DNA from: Myxococcota bacterium
GTDB taxonomy: Bacteria; Myxococcota_A; UBA796; CAJQPC01
DNA: 64,000 bases
Assembly: GCA_036012755.1 (NCBI GenBank)
Contig: DASCPX010000179.1
Location: forward strand, 113,198 to 177,197
Reading direction: 5' to 3'
The translations under genes and the position numbers were made by a program. Shown here piece after piece: positions 17,691 to 27,442 of the stretch. The notes below the pieces were generated by a model that saw only the letters and a program-made list of their open reading frames with translations, was not told where the DNA came from and did no database searches. The first letter of the stretch is position 1. Every line of letters starts with the position of its first letter.

Positions 17691-19613
17691 ATGCTCCTCC
17701 TGGTCCTCGCCTGCACCAAGTCCAACATCAGCGACAGTGGGCAGATCGCAGAGGACCTCGACCGCGACGACGACGGCTGGCAGAACGAGGACGACTGCCA
17801 GCCAGACGACAGCACGATCCACCCGGCCGCCGAGGAGACCTGCGACGGTCTGGACAACGACTGCGACGAGGTGATCGACGAGGACGTACAGAACACCTTC
17901 TACGCGGACACCGACGACGACGGCTACGGCGACCCCGACGCCCCGCTCGAGGCCTGCGGACGCCCGGCCGGCTACGCGCTCACCGGCAACGACTGCGACG
18001 ACTCCAGCGCGGACATCTACCCGGGCGCTGCCGAGATCTGCAACGACCTCGACGACGACTGCGACGAGGAGATCGACGAGGACGTGAAGACGACCTGGTG
18101 GGCCGACGTGGACACCGACGGCTTCGGCGATCCGGAGACCGAGACCGAGGCCTGCGAGGCCCCCGACGGCCACGTGTCGATCGCCGACGACTGTGACGAC
18201 ACCGACGCCACCTCCTTCCCGGGCGGGACAGAGGTCTGCGACGAGGCCGACAACGACTGCGACGGCACCGTCGACGAGGACGTGACGACCACCTACTGGG
18301 CGGACGCGGACACCGACGGCTACGGCGACAGCGACCTGCCGACCGAAGCATGCAGCCTGCCCACCGGCTACGCGGAGATCGACGGGGACTGTGACGACGC
18401 GGCGGAAGACGTCTACCCGGGCGCCACCGAGACCAAGGCAGACGGCATCGACCAGGACTGTGACGACGGTGACCTCTGCTACCGCGACGGTGACAAGGAC
18501 GGCTACGGCGGCAGCTCGGACGCGGCGAGCACAGACCTCGACTGCGCGGACAAGGGCGAAGCCGAGAGCGACACAGACTGCGATGACGGCGACGACTCGG
18601 TGTACCCGGGCGCCGACGAGTACTGCAACGACACGGATGACGACTGCGACACGGACATCGACGAGGACGCCGTCGACGCCGACACCTGGTACCTCGACGA
18701 CGACAAGGACGGCTTCGGAGACGCCACCAGCACCACAGAGGACTGCGACGAGCCCTCCGGCTACACCGACGACGACACAGACTGTGACGACACGGACGGC
18801 GACATCTACCCGGGGGCCGACGAGTACTGCAACGACGAGGACGACGACTGCGACGGCGACATAGACAACGACGCCCTGGACGTCGACACCTGGTACCTCG
18901 ACGACGACGGAGACGGCTACGGGGACGCCACCACCACGACAGAGGACTGCGACGAGCCCTCCGGCTACACCGACGACGACACAGACTGTGACGACACGGA
19001 CTACGACATCAATCCCGGGGCCTCCGAGACCTGCAACGGAGAGGACGACGACTGCGACACAGACATCGACGAGGGGGTGCTCGGGACCGGCACGGACTGC
19101 CCGGCAGAGGACTGCAGCGAGGTGCTGTCCGACAACGCCTCCGCCACAGACGGCGACTACGAGCTCGACGCCGGCACCTACACCTGTGACATGACCACCG
19201 ACGGAGGCGGCTGGACGCTGGTGGGCGACGACGTCTCGGTCTACGGCACGGGCTACGACACGACCTACTACAACAGCGAAGGCTTCACCTGGATCGAGGT
19301 GCTCTTCGAGTACGACTCTGGCAGCGCGCACGCCCACTGCACCTACCCATCGTCGCTCACAGGCTGCAACAACCTTGGCTTCCAGTTCGCCTCCGAGTCC
19401 TGGGGCGTCCCGCTGAACTGGGGAAGCAGCATCTGTGGCATGTCGACCACGGACTACACGGGCAACACGAACTACATCGGCGGCTACGACTTCGTCATCG
19501 ACCGCAGCAGCTCGACCGACACGGTCCGCCTCGGCACGCTGGAGGGCATCAGCAGCTGCACGACAGGTGACAACCCCGGCACGGCCTACACCGACATCTG
19601 GGTGCGCCAGTGA
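17691..19613 (+). CDS. Lipoprotein with many DCDD ('putative metal-binding motif'/MopE-related) repeats and a fibrinogen-like C-terminal region
   Basis: MLLLVLAC, repeated DCDD..IYPGA.E.C..D.DCD and Y.D.DGDGYG units, CDMTTDGGGWTLV. Confidence 0.85.
   Translation: MLLLVLACTKSNISDSGQIAEDLDRDDDGWQNEDDCQPDDSTIHPAAEETCDGLDNDCDEVIDEDVQNTFYADTDDDGYGDPDAPLEACGRPAGYALTGNDCDDSSADIYPGAAEICNDLDDDCDEEIDEDVKTTWWADVDTDGFGDPETETEACEAPDGHVSIADDCDDTDATSFPGGTEVCDEADNDCDGTVDEDVTTTYWADADTDGYGDSDLPTEACSLPTGYAEIDGDCDDAAEDVYPGATETKADGIDQDCDDGDLCYRDGDKDGYGGSSDAASTDLDCADKGEAESDTDCDDGDDSVYPGADEYCNDTDDDCDTDIDEDAVDADTWYLDDDKDGFGDATSTTEDCDEPSGYTDDDTDCDDTDGDIYPGADEYCNDEDDDCDGDIDNDALDVDTWYLDDDGDGYGDATTTTEDCDEPSGYTDDDTDCDDTDYDINPGASETCNGEDDDCDTDIDEGVLGTGTDCPAEDCSEVLSDNASATDGDYELDAGTYTCDMTTDGGGWTLVGDDVSVYGTGYDTTYYNSEGFTWIEVLFEYDSGSAHAHCTYPSSLTGCNNLGFQFASESWGVPLNWGSSICGMSTTDYTGNTNYIGGYDFVIDRSSSTDTVRLGTLEGISSCTTGDNPGTAYTDIWVRQ
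18570..19075 (+). repeat. Intragenic tandem duplication with a 204-bp (68-aa) period
   Basis: GACTGCGACGAGCCCTCCGGCTACACCGACGACGACACAGACTGTGACGACACGGAC is identical at 18741 and 18945. Boundaries are approximate. Confidence 0.85.
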
Positions 19614-21190
19614 TCATCGGACTCGCGCTGGCCTGCATGGGCGAGATCCGGACCGCCGAGTTGGCCCCGGAGGGCTGGGTCTGCGTCGACAAGGACCAGG
19701 ACGGGTTCTGCATCGAAGACGACTGCGACGACGGCAACTTCGAGATCTACCCCGGCGCCCTCGAGCTCTGTGACGGCTTCGACGGTGACTGCGACGGAGA
19801 GATCGACGAGGGGGTCGAGCTGCGGGCATACCGCGACGCCGACGGTGACGGCATCGGAGCCGAAGCCCAGCGCATCGAAGCCTGCATCATCCCCGACGGC
19901 TACGCGCCCACCGGCGGTGACTGCGACGACTCCAACCCCTACGCCTACCCGGGCGCCGTCGAGCACTGCGAGGGCACGGACGAAGACTGTGATGGTGAGA
20001 TCGACGAGGGGCTGGAGCAGACCTTCTTCCTCGACGCGGACCAGGACGGCTACGGCACGGACGAGGTCGCGATCGTCGCCTGCTGGGCGCCCGAGTTCTT
20101 CATCGACAACGGTCTGGACTGCGATGACTCCGACGCCGCCATCTACCCCGGAGCGCTCGAGGTCTGCGACGAGGCAGACAACGACTGTGACACGGAGATC
20201 GACGAGCACGTCGTGCCCACCTGGTACCACGACGCCGACGGTGACGGGCATGGGGACCGCGAGACCGCCCTGGAGGTCTGCGACGCCCCAGAGGGCTACG
20301 TCGCCGAAGAGGACGACTGCGACGACACCGACCCCGAGGCGAACCCCTCGATGCCAGAGCTGTGCAACGGCAAGGACGACGACTGCGACGGCAGCCGCGA
20401 CGAGCCATCGGCCATCGACGCCCCCACCTGGTACCAGGACAGCGACCGCGACGGCTTCGGAGACTCCACGGTGAGCAAGACCCTCTGTCACGACATCGAC
20501 GGCTGGGTCGAGGACGCCACGGACTGCGACGACACCCTCGCGGCCGTGAACCCGGACAGCGACGAGGTCTGCAACGGGCGGGACGACGACTGCGACGGGG
20601 TCGTCGATCCGGACTACTTCAGCTCGACCTTCACCGCGCCGACGAAGCTGAACCTCAACGGCGACGCGCTCCAGGTGTGGGACGGCAGCGACGGCTTCAT
20701 CGAGCTCACGACCACGAACAGCTGGGAGGCCGGCTCGGCCATCTTCGGGACCGCCGTCCCGGGCAGCAAGTGGCGCATCCAGTTCGACGCGGCGCTGGGC
20801 GAGGGCACCGGCGGCGAGGGCATGGCGCTGGTGCTGCTGAACGAGTCGAACCCCAACGTGGTGGGAGACCCGGGTGACTCGCTGGGGGCGGCGCCGCTCG
20901 ATGGCTGGGCCATCACCCTGGACACGCAGGACACGGAGCACCTCGGCATCGCCGAGTGCAGCACGCTGAAGGAGCAGGAGACGGTCCCCTGGGACCTCCA
21001 TGACGAGGGCTGGATCACGGTCGAGGTCGAGTACGACCGCGGCAACCTCGACATCTGGCTGGACGGCACGCTGGCGACCTCGACGACGCTCTCGCCGATG
21101 CCGGCGGCGATCCTGGTCGGCTGGACCGCCGGGACCAGCACCATCACCGACGTGCACGAGCTCGACGACGTGACGATCGGCTGCCCGTGA
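19610..21190 (+). CDS. Lipoprotein with DCDD repeats and C-terminal legume-lectin/ConA-like domain
   Basis: MIIGLALAC, DCDD repeats, then LNGDA...IELT...AGS...GGEGMALV...AITLDT...VGWTAGT. Confidence 0.8.
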   Translation: MIIGLALACMGEIRTAELAPEGWVCVDKDQDGFCIEDDCDDGNFEIYPGALELCDGFDGDCDGEIDEGVELRAYRDADGDGIGAEAQRIEACIIPDGYAPTGGDCDDSNPYAYPGAVEHCEGTDEDCDGEIDEGLEQTFFLDADQDGYGTDEVAIVACWAPEFFIDNGLDCDDSDAAIYPGALEVCDEADNDCDTEIDEHVVPTWYHDADGDGHGDRETALEVCDAPEGYVAEEDDCDDTDPEANPSMPELCNGKDDDCDGSRDEPSAIDAPTWYQDSDRDGFGDSTVSKTLCHDIDGWVEDATDCDDTLAAVNPDSDEVCNGRDDDCDGVVDPDYFSSTFTAPTKLNLNGDALQVWDGSDGFIELTTTNSWEAGSAIFGTAVPGSKWRIQFDAALGEGTGGEGMALVLLNESNPNVVGDPGDSLGAAPLDGWAITLDTQDTEHLGIAECSTLKEQETVPWDLHDEGWITVEVEYDRGNLDIWLDGTLATSTTLSPMPAAILVGWTAGTSTITDVHELDDVTIGCP

Positions 21191-21618
21191 TCACCTGCAC
21201 CCGCCGCCTGGCCTGGGACGCGATGCACCGGATCCCCCGCCACGAGAGCAAGTGCGCGGCCTTCCATGGCCACCGCTACACGGCAGACATCACCTGTGTC
21301 GCGCCGGAGCTCGACGACCGCGGCAGGGTCGTGGACTTCGGCGTCGTGAAGGAGCGGGTCGGTGGCTGGATCGATCGCTGGTGGGACCACACGGCCATCC
21401 TGATGCGCGGGGACGCCGACCCTGCGATACAGATGCTCGCCGCCAGCAACGAAGCCCACGGCCGACCGGTCTACTGGACCGACGAGCCGCCGACCGCCGA
21501 GGTGCTCGCCGCCGAGCTGGCGAGGGTCGCCGGGGAGCTCCTCGCCGACACCGGCGTCGAGGTCGTCGCCGTGCGCGTCTGGGAGACCCCCAACGGATGG
21601 GCTGAGTGGTCGCGCTGA
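21187..21618 (+). CDS. queD: 6-carboxytetrahydropterin synthase (PTPS/QueD family)
   Basis: DAMHRI...CAAFHGHRY, VVDFG, WDH, PTAE, VWETP. Confidence 0.88.
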   Translation: MITCTRRLAWDAMHRIPRHESKCAAFHGHRYTADITCVAPELDDRGRVVDFGVVKERVGGWIDRWWDHTAILMRGDADPAIQMLAASNEAHGRPVYWTDEPPTAEVLAAELARVAGELLADTGVEVVAVRVWETPNGWAEWSR

Positions 21619-22781
21619 TCCTGTGGGGCTGTACCTCCCCTGACGACACCGGCTCGCGCGACCCCATCACCGTGGAGTTGCTGACCGAGCGCACCCAGGC
21701 GCTGGTCGACCTCGGCCCGCGGGTGGTGGGGACCTCGAGCGAGGAGGACGCCAGGGCGCTGCTCGATGGCTGGTTCCTCTCGACGGGGCTCCAGGAGGTC
21801 GAGAGCGAGCCCTTCGCCTGGGATGCCTGGCAGCGTGGAGCTTCCAGCCTGAACCAGGGCGGCGTGGAGTACGCCACCTGGGCCTGGAGCCCCTCGCCGA
21901 GCGGCACGGTGAGCGGCGTGCTCGAGAGCGTGGAGGGGGACGTCGGCGGCAAGATCGCCCTGTCGCGCTCTGGCTCGATGATGCGGACAGAGGCCTTCGT
22001 CTCGGCGCTCACGGGCGGCGCGGTGGGGCTGGTGCACGTGAGCGAGGCGATCGACGCCGACGGCACGGACCTGGTCGAGGTCGGCCACACCCTCGATGGC
22101 TCCTCGCTGCCCGCGGTCGCGCTCGGCAAGCGGGACGGCAACGACCTCGAGCTCGGCGAGGAGATCACGCTGTCGATCGACTCGTCCGTGCTCTACGACC
22201 ACACCTCCTACAACGTCGTGGGCCGGGTCCCCGGGACGGGCTCAGGGCGGGTCTACGTCGTGGCCCACTACGACTCCTGGGATCCCAGCGAGTCGGCCTT
22301 CGACAACGCCATGGGCGCGGCGGCGCTGTCCCTGCTCGCCGAGCGCATGGCCCAGGAGCAGCCGCGGCGCGAGGTCGTCTTCATCGCCACCAGCGGCGAG
22401 GAGCAGGGCCTCCAGGGGGCCCAGGCCTATGTGGAGGACCACCTCGACGAGGTCCTCGCGGGGACCTCGGTCATGACGCTGGACGTGCTCTGGTCGGCCA
22501 GCGGGGACTACTACGTCGCGGCCACTCGGGAAGAGGACCGGGTCGTCGGCATGGAGGCCGCCCTCGATGAGGGGCTGCCCGCGCGTGACTCGGGCAACCC
22601 CTCGCCGGCCAGCGACCACTTCGCCTTCGAGTCGAGGGGCCTGGACAGCTTCTGGGCGACCCGCCAGCCGGACATCCACTACCACACGACCCACGACCGG
22701 CTCGAGTACCTCGACATGGACGACGCGACCGCGGCTCTTCGCACCCAGTGGGTGGTCTTGCAGGAACTTGCGGACCTCTGA
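21606..22781 (+). CDS. M28 family peptidase with PA domain, lipoprotein
   Basis: LILWGC, NVVG, VAHYDSW, AFDNAMG, SGEEQGLQG, SDH..F, YHT..D. Confidence 0.88.
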   Translation: MVALILWGCTSPDDTGSRDPITVELLTERTQALVDLGPRVVGTSSEEDARALLDGWFLSTGLQEVESEPFAWDAWQRGASSLNQGGVEYATWAWSPSPSGTVSGVLESVEGDVGGKIALSRSGSMMRTEAFVSALTGGAVGLVHVSEAIDADGTDLVEVGHTLDGSSLPAVALGKRDGNDLELGEEITLSIDSSVLYDHTSYNVVGRVPGTGSGRVYVVAHYDSWDPSESAFDNAMGAAALSLLAERMAQEQPRREVVFIATSGEEQGLQGAQAYVEDHLDEVLAGTSVMTLDVLWSASGDYYVAATREEDRVVGMEAALDEGLPARDSGNPSPASDHFAFESRGLDSFWATRQPDIHYHTTHDRLEYLDMDDATAALRTQWVVLQELADL

Positions 22782-24495
22782 CCCACGGCGCCTCCTGGCC
22801 CCTGCCGCCATGCTGCTGCTCGGGGCCCTGCTCCCGATGGCGCGGGTGCTCCCCCGTTTCGCCAGCTCGCTGCCGGGAGATGCTCGCGGAGACATCTACA
22901 AGCACGTCTGGTCCTACTGGCACGCCACCGTCTCCCCCGGGCTCTGGACCGACTACCTGAACGCCCCGGACGGCGGCATCCTGCTGGATGTGATGTGGGT
23001 GCCGGCGCTGGCGATGGCGCCGCTGACCTTGCTCGCGGGGCCGGTCGTGGCCAGCAACACCTGGGTCGTCTTGTCCCTCTTCGCCGTGGGGGCCGCGACG
23101 GCGGGGCTGGCCTGGGAGCTGACCGGTGCTCGCTGGCCCGCCGTGGCCGCGGGGCTCTGCGCGCAGAGCTCTCCATTCCTCCTCGGCTACCCGATGGAGA
23201 GCGGCGTGCAGGAACGCCTCGCGGTCTGGGTCTTTCCGCTGGTGCTCCTGGCCCTGCTGCGAGCAGGCCGCAGGGGCTCGATCGGCTGGGCCATCGCCGG
23301 CGTGCTGGGGCTGGCTGTGGCGAGCCTGGGATGCCAGTCCTACGCGGTCTTCGCCGTGATCATGGGTGTCATGACGGCTCCGTTGTTTCTCTGGAGAGAG
23401 GAGCGCCGACACCCCTGGGTGCTGTTGGGCTGCCTCGCTGGCATGGCGTTCTGCCTCCTCGGCGTGTGGGCGCTGGCCCACCACGCAGCCCTCGACCCTG
23501 ACTCGCTGTCGCTGCTGCCGGGACGCACGGAGATGACGACCGGGGTGGGAGCCCACCTTCGAATCGAGCCAGCGACACTGCACGGGCTCCTGGATCCCCG
23601 CGCGGCCGCTCGGCCCCTGGCGCTCCGGGAGAGTGACCTGCTGGTGCAGACCTCGTACCTCGGCTGGGCGCCGCTGGTGTTGGGGCTGGCTGGCGTCGCC
23701 GTGGCCCGCGCGAGGCGATGGGTGGGGATCGTCGTCGCCGCTGGCCTGGTCTCGGCGTGGATGGCGCTGGGCCACCCGGCGCACGCGGGCCACCTGCTGC
23801 TGGTCAACTACCTCTACCAGGCGGGCGCCGCCCTGATCCCGACCTACGGGCACATCCCGGCGCTGTGGCAGCAGACCGCCGTCTTCGGCCCGCTGGCCGC
23901 GGTCGGATTCGCGGCGCTGCTGGCGCGCATCGGGGGCCGGCGGAGCCTGGTGGTCGGGGTCGTGGGTCTCGCCGCGGTGCTGGCGGAGCGCCACTCGGTG
24001 GTCGACGAGCCCATCGTGGCGAGGGCGTTCGAGGTGCCCGAGCTGTCCATCTACGACGAGATCGGATGGGACGGCTCGCTGGTCGAGCTTCCCCGCTCCT
24101 GGAGGCACAGCTCCCTGGTGGATCCGCTGATCTTCTACGCCCAGACCCGCCACGAGGCGCCCTTGGCCGTCGCGATCAACGCCGGCTCGACCGGCCTCGA
24201 TCGCTACCGGCCGGTGCTGGACGCCAAGGCCGAGAGCTGGCCGGTGGCGCTGGACTGCATGAGCCGCGGGGGAATCCGCTGGGTGGTGCTGCGGGGCGAC
24301 GCCGTCTTCGACGAGGACTACCCGGTCTTGCGCGAGGAGCTGATCGAGGCCGCTGGTCCCCCGGTCGCGGAGGACGGTCGGACCCTCCTCTTCGACCTCG
24401 GCCCGGCGGAGGCCACACAGGGAGGGGTGCCGCTGGTCGTCGGAGGCGGGCCGAGCGGGGCCAGGCGGCGGCTCGGGGGCTGCCCCTACAACTGA
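22768..24495 (+). CDS. Polytopic membrane protein, GT-C-type glycosyltransferase-like
   Basis: About 11-12 TM segments, early loop D..KHVWSYWH..LNAPDGG, YLG motif, soluble C-terminal domain. The start is TTG 22768 or ATG 22810. Confidence 0.6.
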   Translation: MRTSDPRRLLAPAAMLLLGALLPMARVLPRFASSLPGDARGDIYKHVWSYWHATVSPGLWTDYLNAPDGGILLDVMWVPALAMAPLTLLAGPVVASNTWVVLSLFAVGAATAGLAWELTGARWPAVAAGLCAQSSPFLLGYPMESGVQERLAVWVFPLVLLALLRAGRRGSIGWAIAGVLGLAVASLGCQSYAVFAVIMGVMTAPLFLWREERRHPWVLLGCLAGMAFCLLGVWALAHHAALDPDSLSLLPGRTEMTTGVGAHLRIEPATLHGLLDPRAAARPLALRESDLLVQTSYLGWAPLVLGLAGVAVARARRWVGIVVAAGLVSAWMALGHPAHAGHLLLVNYLYQAGAALIPTYGHIPALWQQTAVFGPLAAVGFAALLARIGGRRSLVVGVVGLAAVLAERHSVVDEPIVARAFEVPELSIYDEIGWDGSLVELPRSWRHSSLVDPLIFYAQTRHEAPLAVAINAGSTGLDRYRPVLDAKAESWPVALDCMSRGGIRWVVLRGDAVFDEDYPVLREELIEAAGPPVAEDGRTLLFDLGPAEATQGGVPLVVGGGPSGARRRLGGCPYN

Positions 24496-25859
24496 GGCAG
24501 GGGCTGCAGCAGCACCATCGAGTCACCCTCTGTGGACCAGGAGCTGATCGAGATCTCCCCTCCGGGTCTGTCGTCCAGATCGCCGAAGCCGAGGGCTCGA
24601 CCCAGGGCCTGGCCGTAGGAGGTGCCGGCACGCTCCCAGTCTGGCTCCACCAGCTGGCCGGTGAGCGGTCCGTACCAGAGCCGCAGGTGGCCGGCGGTGG
24701 CCTCGCCGCCCTCCGAGGGGGCCTCTGTGTTGCCGATGACCACGTCGTGAAGCCCGTCGCCGTCGATGTCCTCGACAAGGACGTGCTGTCCCTGGGTGTG
24801 GAGCAGCTCGATCTCCGAGGCCACGAAGCTGGCGAGGGCCCGATCCGGCATGTTGCCGGCTTCGGGCGGGCCAGGGATCAGCCAGGTGGTGGCTGGGGTC
24901 GCGGATGCCTCGAACTCGGGACCCACCGTGACCAGGAGGTCGTCGAAGCCGTCTCCGTCGACATCCCCGGCCTCTACCCCGCGGGTGAAGTCCGGCTCGT
25001 CACGCTCGGCGTCGATGGTCAGCCCGTCCATCGAGGTCAGGACACCCTGGATCGGGCCGGAGTAGACCAGGAGCGCGCCGTCGTCGCCCTGGTTCGCGGC
25101 GCAGACCGCGAGGTCGTCGATGCCGTCGCCGTCGAGGTCACCCGCAGCCAGAGCCCAGCCGAGCTCTCCGCGATCGAAGGAGCCCTCGATCCCGTCGAGG
25201 GTGTCGAGGTCGTAGTCCTCTTCAATGGGGGCCCCCAAGAGCACGACGACGCCGGCGCCGAAGCGGTCTTCTACGAATGCGTAGGGCGCCCCTGCTGCGA
25301 CCTCCGGCAGGCCATCGTCATCGAAGTCCCCCACGGCGAGCTCCTGCCCGAGGTGGTCTCCGATGCCGCGGCCCAGGGCCCGCCCGGTCGAGTGGCCATC
25401 GAGGCTGCCGTCGATGAGGGGGGCGACCCCCATGAAGAGCACCGCGCCCTGGTCACGAGTCGTCGCGGTCTGGCCCTGGGCTGCGACGACCAGCTCGAGC
25501 GTGCCGTCTTGTTCGAGGTCGACGGTGGCGAGGGAGGAGCCGAGGGAGGAGGCCTCCTCGCTGCCGACGAGCAGACCATCGAGCTCGCTGTGCTCGCCGG
25601 CCTCGAGGGGTCCCGACATGAGCGCGACCGCCCCCTCGTTGCCGACCCGGTGGTAGCCGGGCATGCCTCCGACGAGGTCGTCGTGACCGTCCCCGTCGAG
25701 GTCCTCGACGAGGAGGGTGTGGACCTGGCCGGGCAGCACCACGCGGGTCGACAGAGCGTCGAGGGCGTCGATCTCCGGGAGGGCGGGTCCGCTGGAGTCC
25801 CCGAGCACCTCGCTGTCCGAGACCGTCTCGGTGGCGCAGGCGAGGAGCAGCGGAATCAT
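24486..25859 (-). CDS. FG-GAP/integrin-alpha repeat lipoprotein
   Basis: MIPLLLAC, repeated GD(L/F/V)DGDG.DDL.V.AP units. Confidence 0.85.
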   Translation of the reverse strand: MIPLLLACATETVSDSEVLGDSSGPALPEIDALDALSTRVVLPGQVHTLLVEDLDGDGHDDLVGGMPGYHRVGNEGAVALMSGPLEAGEHSELDGLLVGSEEASSLGSSLATVDLEQDGTLELVVAAQGQTATTRDQGAVLFMGVAPLIDGSLDGHSTGRALGRGIGDHLGQELAVGDFDDDGLPEVAAGAPYAFVEDRFGAGVVVLLGAPIEEDYDLDTLDGIEGSFDRGELGWALAAGDLDGDGIDDLAVCAANQGDDGALLVYSGPIQGVLTSMDGLTIDAERDEPDFTRGVEAGDVDGDGFDDLLVTVGPEFEASATPATTWLIPGPPEAGNMPDRALASFVASEIELLHTQGQHVLVEDIDGDGLHDVVIGNTEAPSEGGEATAGHLRLWYGPLTGQLVEPDWERAGTSYGQALGRALGFGDLDDRPGGEISISSWSTEGDSMVLLQPLPQL

Positions 25860-25933
25860 GCTCCTTTGTATCCGGGGATCAGCGCCCAAGTGAATCGCGG
25901 ACGTGCAAAAACCGGGACGCCCCCCTCGACGAC

Positions 25934-27442
25934 TCAGCGACTCGACTGCGAGATCAGCTGCAGAGCTCGCTCCTCGAGCCCGGGGTCCCCGCCGAAGTGC
26001 TCCAGGGCCGTGCGGTCGTCGCGACGGAGACCCTCGGCCGTGAGCACGACCTTCGAGTAGCCGTAGGGGTCGCGGCCCTCGTCGTAGGTGGCGTAGCGCA
26101 GAGCCCTGTCCCAGTCGCCGGAGAGGGCCGCAGACAAGCCCATGGGCGCAAGGAGCTCGGAGCTCTGGGGACAGCCCCTCGCCAGCGCCTCCTCGCCGAA
26201 GCTCAGGGCCGTCTCCGGATCCCCGCGATCGAGCCAGAAGCGCGAGGCGTTGTAGCAGCAGTGGGGCCGCGGGATGGCCTCTGGCAGGACTTCGGCCGCG
26301 CCAGCGTCGTCGCCGGAGAGCTCGAGGGTCTTGAAGAGACCACAGGCCGTCGCCGCCTGGGGCTCCCTCGCGTGAGCGCTGGTCCAGAAAGCCACGCTGT
26401 CCGTCCACATCGGCTTCACCACCAAGGTGACGAGACCGACCACCGCCAGCACCAACCAGCCGACCCAGGGCCGCCGGGTCTCCCAGTGGCCGATGCCACA
26501 ACAGATGCCCAACAGCGGAAGAGCCAGGTACCGCCATGCCAGGCCGTCGCTCAACGAAGCGCCGACTACGGCCAGCGCCAGCCCGCCGATCGTCAGGGCC
26601 AGCGTCCAGGCGCGCGCCCGCGCCAGGAAGACGAGGAGCCCGAGGAACACCAGGCCGATGAGGTCCAGATCGACGAGCTCGCTAGGCGCCGTCGCCGGAG
26701 AGCTCGCCAGCGGGTTCAGCAGCGCCATGCCGTACTCGGCGGCGATGGTCAGCATCAACATCGGCTCCAGACCCAGACCCGGACTGTCCAAGGACACCAG
26801 CGCCCGCAGAAGCAGCGCCGCCAGCGCGCCCACACCCACCTCGAGGTAGCGCCGGGGGCGAAGCCCACCGAAGCGACTCCAGTCGTACAGCGGCAAGACC
26901 ACCAGCGCGAGCACCGCGCTCTCCTTGGCCAGCAGCCCAGCGAAGAGCACGGCCGCACCCAGCAAGCGCCGCCGAGCGCCGACCTCGCGCGGCTCGAAGA
27001 CCAACAGCAGCCCGAGGATCGCGGCGATGGCCATGGTGTCGTTGCGCGCGGCGACGAAGTGGACGAGCTCGGTGGCGACCGGATGCAGGGCGTACAGCGC
27101 AGTCGCGGCGAGGGCCGCGGGGCGTCCTCGGAGCAGGCGATGAAGCAGCCCCACGCAGAGCAGGTGCCAGGCGAGGGAGTGCAGCCTGGACAACAGCGGA
27201 CTGCCCCCGAGCACGTTGTGATCGAAGACCAGCGTCGCGACCATCAGCGGCCGGTAGAAGAGGCTGGTGTGCTCCCCGGGCACCCCGGCCCACAGGTCCT
27301 CGCCCCACATCGTGAGGATCCTGCTCCAGCCGAGGTTCTCGTTCTCCGCGATGAGGAGGGCGTCGTCCCAGACCCACCCCACCTCGCCCCAGGGCGCGAG
27401 CAGGACAGCGACAGCGACCAGCAGGATCGCCCGCTCCCTCAC
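25934..27442 (-). CDS. TMTC-like GT-C membrane glycosyltransferase with short helical C-terminus
   Basis: WVWDD..LI.EN, FYRPL, LYALHPV..E.V.FVAAR, LLAKESA, RYLALP, WTDS..FW. Confidence 0.75.
   Translation of the reverse strand: MRERAILLVAVAVLLAPWGEVGWVWDDALLIAENENLGWSRILTMWGEDLWAGVPGEHTSLFYRPLMVATLVFDHNVLGGSPLLSRLHSLAWHLLCVGLLHRLLRGRPAALAATALYALHPVATELVHFVAARNDTMAIAAILGLLLVFEPREVGARRRLLGAAVLFAGLLAKESAVLALVVLPLYDWSRFGGLRPRRYLEVGVGALAALLLRALVSLDSPGLGLEPMLMLTIAAEYGMALLNPLASSPATAPSELVDLDLIGLVFLGLLVFLARARAWTLALTIGGLALAVVGASLSDGLAWRYLALPLLGICCGIGHWETRRPWVGWLVLAVVGLVTLVVKPMWTDSVAFWTSAHAREPQAATACGLFKTLELSGDDAGAAEVLPEAIPRPHCCYNASRFWLDRGDPETALSFGEEALARGCPQSSELLAPMGLSAALSGDWDRALRYATYDEGRDPYGYSKVVLTAEGLRRDDRTALEHFGGDPGLEERALQLISQSSR

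Noticed and set aside
17760..20610. Regularly spaced GACTGCGACGAC-type repeats as a possible CRISPR array
   Set aside because: They are in-frame DCDD protein repeats with degenerate third positions. There is no constant repeat/unique spacer structure and no cas genes.
21187..21618. queD (with the PP-loop gene) as a 7-deazaguanine DNA-modification island
   Set aside because: No dpdA/tgt, folE, queE or helicase genes are nearby. The PP-loop gene is 10 kb away and is not clearly QueC.
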